Below are positions 26,201-41,081 of a DNA stretch of 64,000 nucleotides, in pieces. How positions within the stretch are numbered: the stretch's first letter is position 1; every line of letters starts with the position of its first letter. The stretch spans positions 43,648,001 to 43,712,000 of the forward strand of contig OZ024755.1 of the NCBI GenBank assembly GCA_964016885.1. The letters are read 5' to 3'. The stretch is from Eledone cirrhosa. Lineage: Eukaryota. The notes below the pieces were generated by a model. That model saw only the letters and a program-made list of their open reading frames with translations, ran no database searches and was not told the DNA's origin. The position numbers and the translations under genes were made by a program.

Positions 26201-29140
26201 ACCAACGTATACCGTGTACCACAGTTGACAGTACCAACATACACTGTGTACCACAGTTGAAAGTACCAACGTATACTGTGTACCACAGTTGACAATACCA
26301 TCATATACTGTGTACCACAGTTGACAGTACCAACATATACTGTGTACCACAGTTGACAGTACTAACATATACTGTGTACCACAATTGACAGTACCAACGT
26401 ATACTGTGTACCACAGTTGACAGTACTAACGTATACTGTGTACCAAAGTTGACAATACCAACATATACTGTGTATCACAGTTGACAGTACCAACATATAC
26501 TGTGTACCACAGTTGACAGTACCAACATATACTGTGTACCACAGTTGACAATACCAGCGTATACTGTGCACCACAGTTGACAGTACCAACATATACCGTG
26601 TACCACAGTTGAGCGTACCAACATATACTGTGTACCACAGTTGATAGTACCAACATATACTGTGTACCAAAGTTGACAGTACCAACATATACTGTATACC
26701 ACAGTTGACAGTACCAACGTATACTGTGTACCACAGTTGACAATACCAACGTATGCTGTGTACCACAGTTGACAATACCAACATATACTGTGTACCACGG
26801 TTGACAGTACCAACATATACTGTGTACCACAGTTGACAGTTCCAACATATATGGTGTACCACTGTTGACACTACCGACATATACTGTGTAGCACAATTGA
26901 CAGTACTAACATATACTGTGTACCACAGTTGCGAGTACCAACATATACTGGGTACCACTGTTGATAGTACCAACATATACTGTGTACCACAGTTGACAGT
27001 ATCAACATATATTGTGTACCATTATTGACAGTACCAACATATACTGTGTACCACAGTTGACAATACCAACATATACTGTGTACCACAGTTGACAGTACCA
27101 ACATATACTGTGTACCACAGTTGACAGTACCAACATATACTGTGTGCCATAATTGACAGTATCAACGTATATGTGTACCACTGTTGACAGTACTAACATA
27201 TGCTGTGTACCACAGTTGACAGTACCAACATATCCTGTGTACCTCAGTTGACAGTACCAACATATACTGTGTACCACAGTTGACAGTACCAACATATACT
27301 GTGTACCACAGGTGACAGTACCAACGTATACTGTGTACCACAGTTGACAGTACCAACATATACTGTGTACCAAAGTTGTAAGTACCAACGTATACTTTGT
27401 ACCACTGTTGACAGTACCAACATATACTGTGTACCACATTTGACAGTACAAACATATACTGTGTACTACATTTGAGAGTACCAACATATACTGTTTACCA
27501 CATTTGACAGTACCAACATATACTGTGTGGCACAGTTGACAGTACCCACATATACTGGGTACCCCAGTTGATAGTACCAACGTATACTGTCTACCACATT
27601 TGACAGTTCCCACATATACAGCGTACAACAGTTGACAATACCATCATATGCTGTGTACCACAGTTGATAGTACCAACATATACTGTGTACCACAGTTGAC
27701 AGTACCAACGTATACTGTGTTCCACAGTTGACAGTACCAACATATACTGTGTACCATAGTTGACAGTGTCAACGTATCTGTGTACCACAGTTGACATTAC
27801 TAACATATGCTGTGTACCACAGTTGACAGTACCAACATATACCGTGTACCACAGTTGACAGTACCAACATATACTGTGTACCACAGTTGACTGTACCAAC
27901 ATATACTTTGTACCACAGTTAACAGTACTAACATATACCGTGTACCACAGTTGACAATACCAACATATACTGTGTGCCACAGTTGACAGTACCAACATAT
28001 ACTGTGTACCACAGTTGACAGTACCAACGTATACTGTGTACCACAGTTGAGAGTACCAACGTATACTGTGTACCACAGTTGACAGTACCAACATATACTG
28101 TGTACCACAGTTGACAGTACCAACATATACTGTGTACCACAGTTGACAGTACCAACATAAACTGTGTACCACAGTTGACAGTACCAACATATACTGTGTA
28201 CCACTGTTGACAGTACCAACATATACTGTGTACCACTGTTGACTACCAACATATACCGTGTACCACAGTTCACAGTACCAACGTATACTGTGTATGTTAC
28301 CACAGTTGACAGTACCAACATATACTGTGTACCACAGTTGACAGTACCAACATATACTGTGTACCACTGTTGACTACCAACATATACCATGTACCACAGT
28401 TCACAGTACCAACGTATACTGTGTATGTTACCACAGTTGACAGTACCAACATATACTGTGTACCACAGTTGAGAGTACCAACATATACTGGGTACCACTG
28501 TTGACAGTACCAACATATACTGTGTACCACAGTTGACAGTACCAACATATACTGTGTACCACAGTTGACAGTACTAACGTATACTGTGTACCACAGTTGC
28601 CAATGCCAACATATACTGTGTACCACAGTTGACAGTACCAACATATACTGTGTACCACAGTTGACAGTACCAACATATACTGTGTACCACAGTTAACAGT
28701 ACCAACATATACTGTGTACCACAGTTGACAGTACCAACATATACTGTGTACCACAGTTGACAGTACCAACATATACTGTGTACCTCAGTTGACAGTACCA
28801 ATATATACTGTGTACCACAGTTGACAATACCAACATATACTGTGTACCACAGTTGACAGTACCAACATATACTGTGTACCACAGTTGACAGTACCAACAT
28901 ATACTGTGTACCACAGTTGACAGTACCAACATATACTTTGTATCACAGTTGACAGTACCAACATATACTGTGTACCACAGTTAACAGTACCAACATATAC
29001 TGTGTACCACATTTGACAGTACCAACGTATACTGTGTACCACAGTTGACAGTACCATCATATACTGTGTACCACAGTTGACAGTACCAACGTATACTGTG
29101 TACCAGAGTTGACAGTACCAACATATACTGTGTACCACAG
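17280..29140. repeat. ~11.9-kb tandem segmental duplication, copy 1
   Basis: ORF offsets are 11862 (17857/29719, 18815/30677, 20039/31901) and then 11894 (21421/33315, 26362/38256, 28693/40587). The private variant gttgtcagtacc is shared at ~19950 and ~31812. The junction lies between 29108 and 29170. Confidence 0.92.
18700..26500. repeat. ~3.9-kb tandem duplication nested in the 11.9-kb unit (also at ~30560-38400)
   Basis: ORF offsets are 3894 (18815/22709, 20039/23933) and 3926 (21421/25347, 22436/26362). An internal period of 2606-2638 bp is also seen (17401/20039, 22709/25347). Confidence 0.82.
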
Positions 29141-32100
29141 TTGACAGTACCAACATATACTGTGTACCACTGTTGACAGTACCAACATATACTGTGTACC
29201 ACTGTTGACTACCAACATATACCGTGTACCACAGTTCACAGTACCAACGTATACTGTGTATGTTACCACAGTTGACAGTACCAACATATACTGTGTACCA
29301 CAGTTGACAGTACCAACATATACTGTGTACCACTGTTGACTACCAACATATACCATGTACCACAGTTCACAGTACCAACGTATACTGTGTATGTTACCAC
29401 AGTTGACAGTACCAACATATACTGTGTACCACAGTTGAGAGTACCAACATATACTGGGTACCACAGTTGACAGTACCAACATATACTGTGTACCACAGTT
29501 GACAGTACTAACGTATACTGTGTACCACAGTTGCCAATGCCAACATATACTGTGTACCACAGTTGACAGTACCAACATATACTGTGTACCACAGTTGACA
29601 GTACCAACATATACTGTGTACCACAGTTAACAGTACCAACATATACTGTGTACCACAGTTGACAGTACCAACATATACTGTGTACCACAGTTGACAGTAC
29701 CAACATATACTGTGTACCTCAGTTGACAGTACCAACATATACTGTGTACCACAGTTGACAATACCAACATATACTGTGTACCACAGTTGACAGTACCAAC
29801 ATATACTGTGTACCACAGTTGACAGTACCAACATATACTGTGTACCACAGTTGACAGTACCAACATATACTTTGTACCACAGTTGACAGTACCAACATAT
29901 ACTGTGTACCACAGTTAACAGTACCAACATATACTGTGTACCACATTTGACAGTACCAACGTATACTGTGTACCACAGTTGACAGTACCATCATATACTG
30001 TGTACCACAGTTGACAGTACCAACGTATACTGTGTACCAGAGTTGGCAGTACCAACATATACTGTGTACCACAGTTGACAGTACCAACATATACTGTGTA
30101 CCACAGCTGACACTACCAACATATACTGTGTACCACAGTTGAGAGTACCAACATATACTGTGTACCACAGTTGACAGTACCAACATGTACCGTCTACCAC
30201 AGTTGAGAGTACCAACGTATACTGTGTACCACAGTTGATTGTAGCAACGTATACACTGTACCACAGTTGACAGTACCAACATATACTGTGTACAACAGTT
30301 GACAGTACCAACATATACTGTGTACCACAGTTGACAGTACCAACATATACTGTGTACCACAGTTGACAGTACCAACATGTACCGTGTACCACAGTTGATA
30401 GTACCAACGTATACTGTGTACCACAGTTGAGAGTACCAACGTATACTGTGTACCACAGTTGACAGTACCAACATATACTGTGTACCACAGTTGACAGTAC
30501 CAACATATACTGTGTACCACAGTTGACAGTACCAACATATACTGTGTACCACAGTTGACAGTACCAACATATACTGTGTACCACAGTTGACAGTACCAAC
30601 ATATACTGTGTACCACTGTTGACTACCAACATATACCATGTACCACAGTTCACAGTACCAACGTATACTGTGTATGTTACCACAGTTGACAGTACCAACA
30701 TATACTGTGTACCACAGTTGAGAGTACCAACATATACTGGGTATCACTGTTGACAGTACCAACATATACTGTGTACCACAGTTGACAGTACCAACATATA
30801 CTGTGTACCACAGTTGACAGTACTAACGTATACTGTGTACCACAGTTGCCAATGCCAACATATACTGTGTACCACAGTTGACAGTACCAACATATACTGT
30901 GTACCACAGTTGACAGTACCAGCATATACTGTGTACCATAGTTGAAAGTGCCAACATATACCTTGTACCACAGTTGACAATACCAACATATACTGTGTAC
31001 CACAGTTGACAGTACCAACATATACTGTGTACCACAGTTGACAGTACCAACGTATACTGTGTACCACAGTTGACAGTACCAACATATACTGTGTAACACA
31101 GTTGACAGTACCAACATATACCGTGTACCACAGTTGACAGTACCAACGTATACTGTGTACCACTGTTGAAAGTACCAACATATACTGTGTACCACAGTTG
31201 ACAGTACCAACATATACAGTGTACCACAGTTGACAGTAGCAACATATACTGTGTACCACAGTTGACAGTACCAACGTATACTGTATACCACATTTGACAG
31301 TACCAACGTACACTGTGTACCACAGTTGACAGTACCAACCTATACTGTGTACCACTGGTGACAGTACCAACATATACCGTGTACCACAGTTGACAGTACC
31401 AACATATACTGTATACCACTGTTGACAGTACCAACATATACTGTGTACCACAGTTGACAGTACCAACGTATACTGTGTATATTACCACAGTTGACAGTAC
31501 CGACATATACTGTGTACCACTGTTGAGAGTACCAACGTATACCGTGTACCACAGTTGACAGTACCAACATACACTGTGTACCACAGTTGAAAGTACCAAC
31601 ATATACTGTGTACCACAGTTGACAGTACCAACATATACAGTGTACCACAGTTGACAGTAGCAACATATACTGTGTACCACAGTTGACAGTACCAACGTAT
31701 ACTGTATACCACATTTGACAGTACCAACGTACACTGTGTACCACAGTTGACAGTACCAACCTATACTGTGTACCACTGGTGACAGTACCAACATATACCG
31801 TGTACCACAGTTGTCAGTACCAACATATACTGTGTACCACTGTTGACTACCAACATATACCGTGTACCACAGTTCACAGTACCAACGTATACTGTGTATG
31901 TTACCACAGTTGACAGTACCAACATATACTGTGTACCACAGTTGACAGTACCAACATATACTGTGTACCACTGTTGACTACCAACATATACCATGTACCA
32001 CAGTTCACAGTACCAACGTATACTGTGTATGTTACCACAGTTGACAGTACCAACATATACTGTGTACCACAGTTGAGAGTACCAACATATACTGGGTACC

Positions 32101-35100
32101 ACAGTTGACAGTACCAACATATACTGTGTACCACAGTTGACAGTACTAACGTATACTGTGTACCACAGTTGCCAATGCCAACATATACTGTGTACCACAG
32201 TTGACAGTACCAACATATACTGTGTACCACAGTTGACAGTACCAACATATACTGTGTACCACAGTTAACAGTACCAACATATACTGTGTACCACAGTTGA
32301 CAGTACCAACATATACTGTGTACCACAGTTGACAGTACCAACATATACTGTGTACCTCAGTTGACAGTACCAACATATACTGTGTACCACAGTTGACAAT
32401 ACCAACATATACTGTGTACCACAGTTGACAGTACCAACATATACTGTGTACCACAGTTGACAGTACCAACATATACTGTGTACCACAGTTGACAGTACCA
32501 ACATATACTTTGTACCACAGTTGACAGTACCAACATATACTGTGTACCACAGTTAACAGTACCAACATATACTGTGTACCACATTTGACAGTACCAACGT
32601 ATACTGTGTACCACAGTTGACAGTACCATCATATACTGTGTACCACAGTTGACAGTACCAACGTATACTGTGTACCAGAGTTGGCAGTACCAACATATAC
32701 TGTGTACCACAGTTGACAGTACCAACATATACTGTGTACCACAGCTGACACTACCAACATATACTGTGTACCACAGTTGAGAGTACCAACATATACTGTG
32801 TACCACAGTTGACAGTACCAACATGTACCGTCTACCACAGTTGAGAGTACCAACGTATACTGTGTACCACAGTTGATTGTAGCAACGTATACACTGTACC
32901 ACAGTTGACAGTACCAACATATACTGTGTACAACAGTTGACAGTACCAACATATACTGTGTACCACAGTTGACAGTACCAACATATACTGTGTACCACAG
33001 TTGACAGTACCAACATGTACCGTGTACCACAGTTGATAGTACCAACGTATACTGTGTACCACAGTTGAGAGTACCAACGTATACTGTGTACCACAGTTGA
33101 CAGTACCAACATATACTGTGTACCACAGTTGACAGTACCAACATATACTGTGTACCACAGTTGACAGTACCAACATATACTGTGTACCACAGTTGACAGT
33201 ACCAACATATACTGTGTACCACAGTTGACAGTACCAACATATACTGTGTACCACTGTTGACTACCAACATATACCATGTACCACAGTTCACAGTACCAAC
33301 GTATACTGTGTATGTTACCACAGTTGACAGTACCAACATATACTGTGTACCACAGTTGAGAGTACCAACATATACTGGGTATCACTGTTGACAGTACCAA
33401 CATATACTGTGTACCACAGTTGACAGTACCAACATATACTGTGTACCACAGTTGACAGTACTAACGTATACTGTGTACCACAGTTGCCAATGCCAACATA
33501 TACTGTGTACCACAGTTGACAGTACCAACATATACTGTGTACCACAGTTGACAGTACCAGCATATACTGTGTACCATAGTTGAAAGTGCCAACATATACC
33601 TTGTACCACAGTTGACAATACCAACATATACTGTGTACCACAGTTGACAGTACCAACATATACTGTGTACCACAGTTGACAGTACCAACGTATACTGTGT
33701 ACCACAGTTGACAGTACCAACATATACTGTGTAACACAGTTGACAGTACCAACATATACCGTGTACCACAGTTGACAGTACCAACGTATACTGTGTACCA
33801 CTGTTGAAAGTACCAACATATACTGTGTACCACAGTTGACAGTACCAACATATACAGTGTACCACAGTTGACAGTAGCAACATATACTGTGTACCACAGT
33901 TGACAGTACCAACGTATACTGTATACCACATTTGACAGTACCAACGTACACTGTGTACCACAGTTGACAGTACCAACCTATACTGTGTACCACTGGTGAC
34001 AGTACCAACATATACCGTGTACCACAGTTGACAGTACCAACATATACTGTATACCACTGTTGACAGTACCAACATATACTGTGTACCACAGTTGACAGTA
34101 CCAACGTATACTGTGTATATTACCACAGTTGACAGTACCGACATATACTGTGTACCACTGTTGAGAGTACCAACGTATACCGTGTACCACAGTTGACAGT
34201 ACCAACATACACTGTGTACCACAGTTGAAAGTACCAACGTATACTGTGTACCACAGTTGACAATACCATCATATACTGTGTACCACAGTTGACAGTACCA
34301 ACATATACTGTGTACCACAGTTGACAGTACTAACATATACTGTGTACCACAATTGACAGTACCAACGTATACTGTGTACCACAGTTGACAGTACTAACGT
34401 ATACTGTGTACCAAAGTTGACAATACCAACATATACTGTGTATCACAGTTGACAGTACCAACATATACTGTGTACCACAGTTGACAGTACCAACATATAC
34501 TGTGTACCACAGTTGACAGTACCAACATATACTGTGTACCACTGTTGACTACCAACATATACCATGTACCACAGTTCACAGTACCAACGTATACTGTGTA
34601 TGTTACCACAGTTGACAGTACCAACATATACTGTGTACCACAGTTGAGAGTACCAACATATACTGGGTATCACTGTTGACAGTACCAACATATACTGTGT
34701 ACCACAGTTGACAGTACCAACATATACTGTGTACCACAGTTGACAGTACTAACGTATACTGTGTACCACAGTTGCCAATGCCAACATATACTGTGTACCA
34801 CAGTTGACAGTACCAACATATACTGTGTACCACAGTTGACAGTACCAGCATATACTGTGTACCATAGTTGAAAGTGCCAACATATACCTTGTACCACAGT
34901 TGACAATACCAACATATACTGTGTACCACAGTTGACAGTACCAACATATACTGTGTACCACAGTTGACAGTACCAACGTATACTGTGTACCACAGTTGAC
35001 AGTACCAACATATACTGTGTAACACAGTTGACAGTACCAACATATACCGTGTACCACAGTTGACAGTACCAACGTATACTGTGTACCACTGTTGAAAGTA

Positions 35101-38100
35101 CCAACATATACTGTGTACCACAGTTGACAGTACCAACATATACAGTGTACCACAGTTGACAGTAGCAACATATACTGTGTACCACAGTTGACAGTACCAA
35201 CGTATACTGTATACCACATTTGACAGTACCAACGTACACTGTGTACCACAGTTGACAGTACCAACCTATACTGTGTACCACTGGTGACAGTACCAACATA
35301 TACCGTGTACCACAGTTGACAGTACCAACATATACTGTATACCACTGTTGACAGTACCAACATATACTGTGTACCACAGTTGACAGTACCAACGTATACT
35401 GTGTATATTACCACAGTTGACAGTACCGACATATACTGTGTACCACTGTTGAGAGTACCAACGTATACCGTGTACCACAGTTGACAGTACCAACATACAC
35501 TGTGTACCACAGTTGAAAGTACCAACATATACTGTGTACCACAGTTGACAGTACCAACATATACAGTGTACCACAGTTGACAGTAGCAACATATACTGTG
35601 TACCACAGTTGACAGTACCAACGTATACTGTATACCACATTTGACAGTACCAACGTACACTGTGTACCACAGTTGACAGTACCAACCTATACTGTGTACC
35701 ACTGGTGACAGTACCAACATATACCGTGTACCACAGTTGACAGTACCAACATATACTGTGTACCACTGTTGACTACCAACATATACCGTGTACCACAGTT
35801 CACAGTACCAACGTATACTGTGTATGTTACCACAGTTGACAGTACCAACATATACTGTGTACCACAGTTGACAGTACCAACATATACTGTGTACCACTGT
35901 TGACTACCAACATATACCATGTACCACAGTTCACAGTACCAACGTATACTGTGTATGTTACCACAGTTGACAGTACCAACATATACTGTGTACCACAGTT
36001 GAGAGTACCAACATATACTGGGTACCACAGTTGACAGTACCAACATATACTGTGTACCACAGTTGACAGTACTAACGTATACTGTGTACCACAGTTGCCA
36101 ATGCCAACATATACTGTGTACCACAGTTGACAGTACCAACATATACTGTGTACCACAGTTGACAGTACCAACATATACTGTGTACCACAGTTAACAGTAC
36201 CAACATATACTGTGTACCACAGTTGACAGTACCAACATATACTGTGTACCACAGTTGACAGTACCAACATATACTGTGTACCTCAGTTGACAGTACCAAC
36301 ATATACTGTGTACCACAGTTGACAATACCAACATATACTGTGTACCACAGTTGACAGTACCAACATATACTGTGTACCACAGTTGACAGTACCAACATAT
36401 ACTGTGTACCACAGTTGACAGTACCAACATATACTTTGTACCACAGTTGACAGTACCAACATATACTGTGTACCACAGTTAACAGTACCAACATATACTG
36501 TGTACCACATTTGACAGTACCAACGTATACTGTGTACCACAGTTGACAGTACCATCATATACTGTGTACCACAGTTGACAGTACCAACGTATACTGTGTA
36601 CCAGAGTTGGCAGTACCAACATATACTGTGTACCACAGTTGACAGTACCAACATATACTGTGTACCACAGCTGACACTACCAACATATACTGTGTACCAC
36701 AGTTGAGAGTACCAACATATACTGTGTACCACAGTTGACAGTACCAACATGTACCGTCTACCACAGTTGAGAGTACCAACGTATACTGTGTACCACAGTT
36801 GATTGTAGCAACGTATACACTGTACCACAGTTGACAGTACCAACATATACTGTGTACAACAGTTGACAGTACCAACATATACTGTGTACCACAGTTGACA
36901 GTACCAACATATACTGTGTACCACAGTTGACAGTACCAACATGTACCGTGTACCACAGTTGATAGTACCAACGTATACTGTGTACCACAGTTGAGAGTAC
37001 CAACGTATACTGTGTACCACAGTTGACAGTACCAACATATACTGTGTACCACAGTTGACAGTACCAACATATACTGTGTACCACAGTTGACAGTACCAAC
37101 ATATACTGTGTACCACAGTTGACAGTACCAACATATACTGTGTACCACAGTTGACAGTACCAACATATACTGTGTACCACTGTTGACTACCAACATATAC
37201 CATGTACCACAGTTCACAGTACCAACGTATACTGTGTATGTTACCACAGTTGACAGTACCAACATATACTGTGTACCACAGTTGAGAGTACCAACATATA
37301 CTGGGTATCACTGTTGACAGTACCAACATATACTGTGTACCACAGTTGACAGTACCAACATATACTGTGTACCACAGTTGACAGTACTAACGTATACTGT
37401 GTACCACAGTTGCCAATGCCAACATATACTGTGTACCACAGTTGACAGTACCAACATATACTGTGTACCACAGTTGACAGTACCAGCATATACTGTGTAC
37501 CATAGTTGAAAGTGCCAACATATACCTTGTACCACAGTTGACAATACCAACATATACTGTGTACCACAGTTGACAGTACCAACATATACTGTGTACCACA
37601 GTTGACAGTACCAACGTATACTGTGTACCACAGTTGACAGTACCAACATATACTGTGTAACACAGTTGACAGTACCAACATATACCGTGTACCACAGTTG
37701 ACAGTACCAACGTATACTGTGTACCACTGTTGAAAGTACCAACATATACTGTGTACCACAGTTGACAGTACCAACATATACAGTGTACCACAGTTGACAG
37801 TAGCAACATATACTGTGTACCACAGTTGACAGTACCAACGTATACTGTATACCACATTTGACAGTACCAACGTACACTGTGTACCACAGTTGACAGTACC
37901 AACCTATACTGTGTACCACTGGTGACAGTACCAACATATACCGTGTACCACAGTTGACAGTACCAACATATACTGTATACCACTGTTGACAGTACCAACA
38001 TATACTGTGTACCACAGTTGACAGTACCAACGTATACTGTGTATATTACCACAGTTGACAGTACCGACATATACTGTGTACCACTGTTGAGAGTACCAAC

Positions 38101-41060
38101 GTATACCGTGTACCACAGTTGACAGTACCAACATACACTGTGTACCACAGTTGAAAGTACCAACGTATACTGTGTACCACAGTTGACAATACCATCATAT
38201 ACTGTGTACCACAGTTGACAGTACCAACATATACTGTGTACCACAGTTGACAGTACTAACATATACTGTGTACCACAATTGACAGTACCAACGTATACTG
38301 TGTACCACAGTTGACAGTACTAACGTATACTGTGTACCAAAGTTGACAATACCAACATATACTGTGTATCACAGTTGACAGTACCAACATATACTGTGTA
38401 CCACAGTTGACAGTACCAACATATACTGTGTACCACAGTTGACAATACCAGCGTATACTGTGCACCACAGTTGACAGTACCAACATATACCGTGTACCAC
38501 AGTTGAGCGTACCAACATATACTGTGTACCACAGTTGATAGTACCAACATATACTGTGTACCAAAGTTGACAGTACCAACATATACTGTATACCACAGTT
38601 GACAGTACCAACGTATACTGTGTACCACAGTTGACAATACCAACGTATGCTGTGTACCACAGTTGACAATACCAACATATACTGTGTACCACGGTTGACA
38701 GTACCAACATATACTGTGTACCACAGTTGACAGTTCCAACATATATGGTGTACCACTGTTGACACTACCGACATATACTGTGTAGCACAATTGACAGTAC
38801 TAACATATACTGTGTACCACAGTTGCGAGTACCAACATATACTGGGTACCACTGTTGATAGTACCAACATATACTGTGTACCACAGTTGACAGTATCAAC
38901 ATATATTGTGTACCATTATTGACAGTACCAACATATACTGTGTACCACAGTTGACAATACCAACATATACTGTGTACCACAGTTGACAGTACCAACATAT
39001 ACTGTGTACCACAGTTGACAGTACCAACATATACTGTGTGCCATAATTGACAGTATCAACGTATATGTGTACCACTGTTGACAGTACTAACATATGCTGT
39101 GTACCACAGTTGACAGTACCAACATATCCTGTGTACCTCAGTTGACAGTACCAACATATACTGTGTACCACAGTTGACAGTACCAACATATACTGTGTAC
39201 CACAGGTGACAGTACCAACGTATACTGTGTACCACAGTTGACAGTACCAACATATACTGTGTACCAAAGTTGTAAGTACCAACGTATACTTTGTACCACT
39301 GTTGACAGTACCAACATATACTGTGTACCACATTTGACAGTACAAACATATACTGTGTACTACATTTGAGAGTACCAACATATACTGTTTACCACATTTG
39401 ACAGTACCAACATATACTGTGTGGCACAGTTGACAGTACCCACATATACTGGGTACCCCAGTTGATAGTACCAACGTATACTGTCTACCACATTTGACAG
39501 TTCCCACATATACAGCGTACAACAGTTGACAATACCATCATATGCTGTGTACCACAGTTGATAGTACCAACATATACTGTGTACCACAGTTGACAGTACC
39601 AACGTATACTGTGTTCCACAGTTGACAGTACCAACATATACTGTGTACCATAGTTGACAGTGTCAACGTATCTGTGTACCACAGTTGACATTACTAACAT
39701 ATGCTGTGTACCACAGTTGACAGTACCAACATATACCGTGTACCACAGTTGACAGTACCAACATATACTGTGTACCACAGTTGACTGTACCAACATATAC
39801 TTTGTACCACAGTTAACAGTACTAACATATACCGTGTACCACAGTTGACAATACCAACATATACTGTGTGCCACAGTTGACAGTACCAACATATACTGTG
39901 TACCACAGTTGACAGTACCAACGTATACTGTGTACCACAGTTGAGAGTACCAACGTATACTGTGTACCACAGTTGACAGTACCAACATATACTGTGTACC
40001 ACAGTTGACAGTACCAACATATACTGTGTACCACAGTTGACAGTACCAACATAAACTGTGTACCACAGTTGACAGTACCAACATATACTGTGTACCACTG
40101 TTGACAGTACCAACATATACTGTGTACCACTGTTGACTACCAACATATACCGTGTACCACAGTTCACAGTACCAACGTATACTGTGTATGTTACCACAGT
40201 TGACAGTACCAACATATACTGTGTACCACAGTTGACAGTACCAACATATACTGTGTACCACTGTTGACTACCAACATATACCATGTACCACAGTTCACAG
40301 TACCAACGTATACTGTGTATGTTACCACAGTTGACAGTACCAACATATACTGTGTACCACAGTTGAGAGTACCAACATATACTGGGTACCACTGTTGACA
40401 GTACCAACATATACTGTGTACCACAGTTGACAGTACCAACATATACTGTGTACCACAGTTGACAGTACTAACGTATACTGTGTACCACAGTTGCCAATGC
40501 CAACATATACTGTGTACCACAGTTGACAGTACCAACATATACTGTGTACCACAGTTGACAGTACCAACATATACTGTGTACCACAGTTAACAGTACCAAC
40601 ATATACTGTGTACCACAGTTGACAGTACCAACATATACTGTGTACCACAGTTGACAGTACCAACATATACTGTGTACCTCAGTTGACAGTACCAATATAT
40701 ACTGTGTACCACAGTTGACAATACCAACATATACTGTGTACCACAGTTGACAGTACCAACATATACTGTGTACCACAGTTGACAGTACCAACATATACTG
40801 TGTACCACAGTTGACAGTACCAACATATACTTTGTATCACAGTTGACAGTACCAACATATACTGTGTACCACAGTTAACAGTACCAACATATACTGTGTA
40901 CCACATTTGACAGTACCAACGTATACTGTGTACCACAGTTGACAGTACCATCATATACTGTGTACCACAGTTGACAGTACCAACGTATACTGTGTACCAG
41001 AGTTGACAGTACCAACATATACTGTGTACCACAGTTGACAGTACCAACATATACTGTGTA
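29141..41060. repeat. ~11.9-kb tandem segmental duplication, copy 2
   Basis: Matches 17280-29140, apart from one extra 32-bp monomer near 33.1-33.2 kb. Identity ends by ~41064. Confidence 0.92.
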
Positions 41061-41081
41061 CCACAGCTGACACTACCAACA

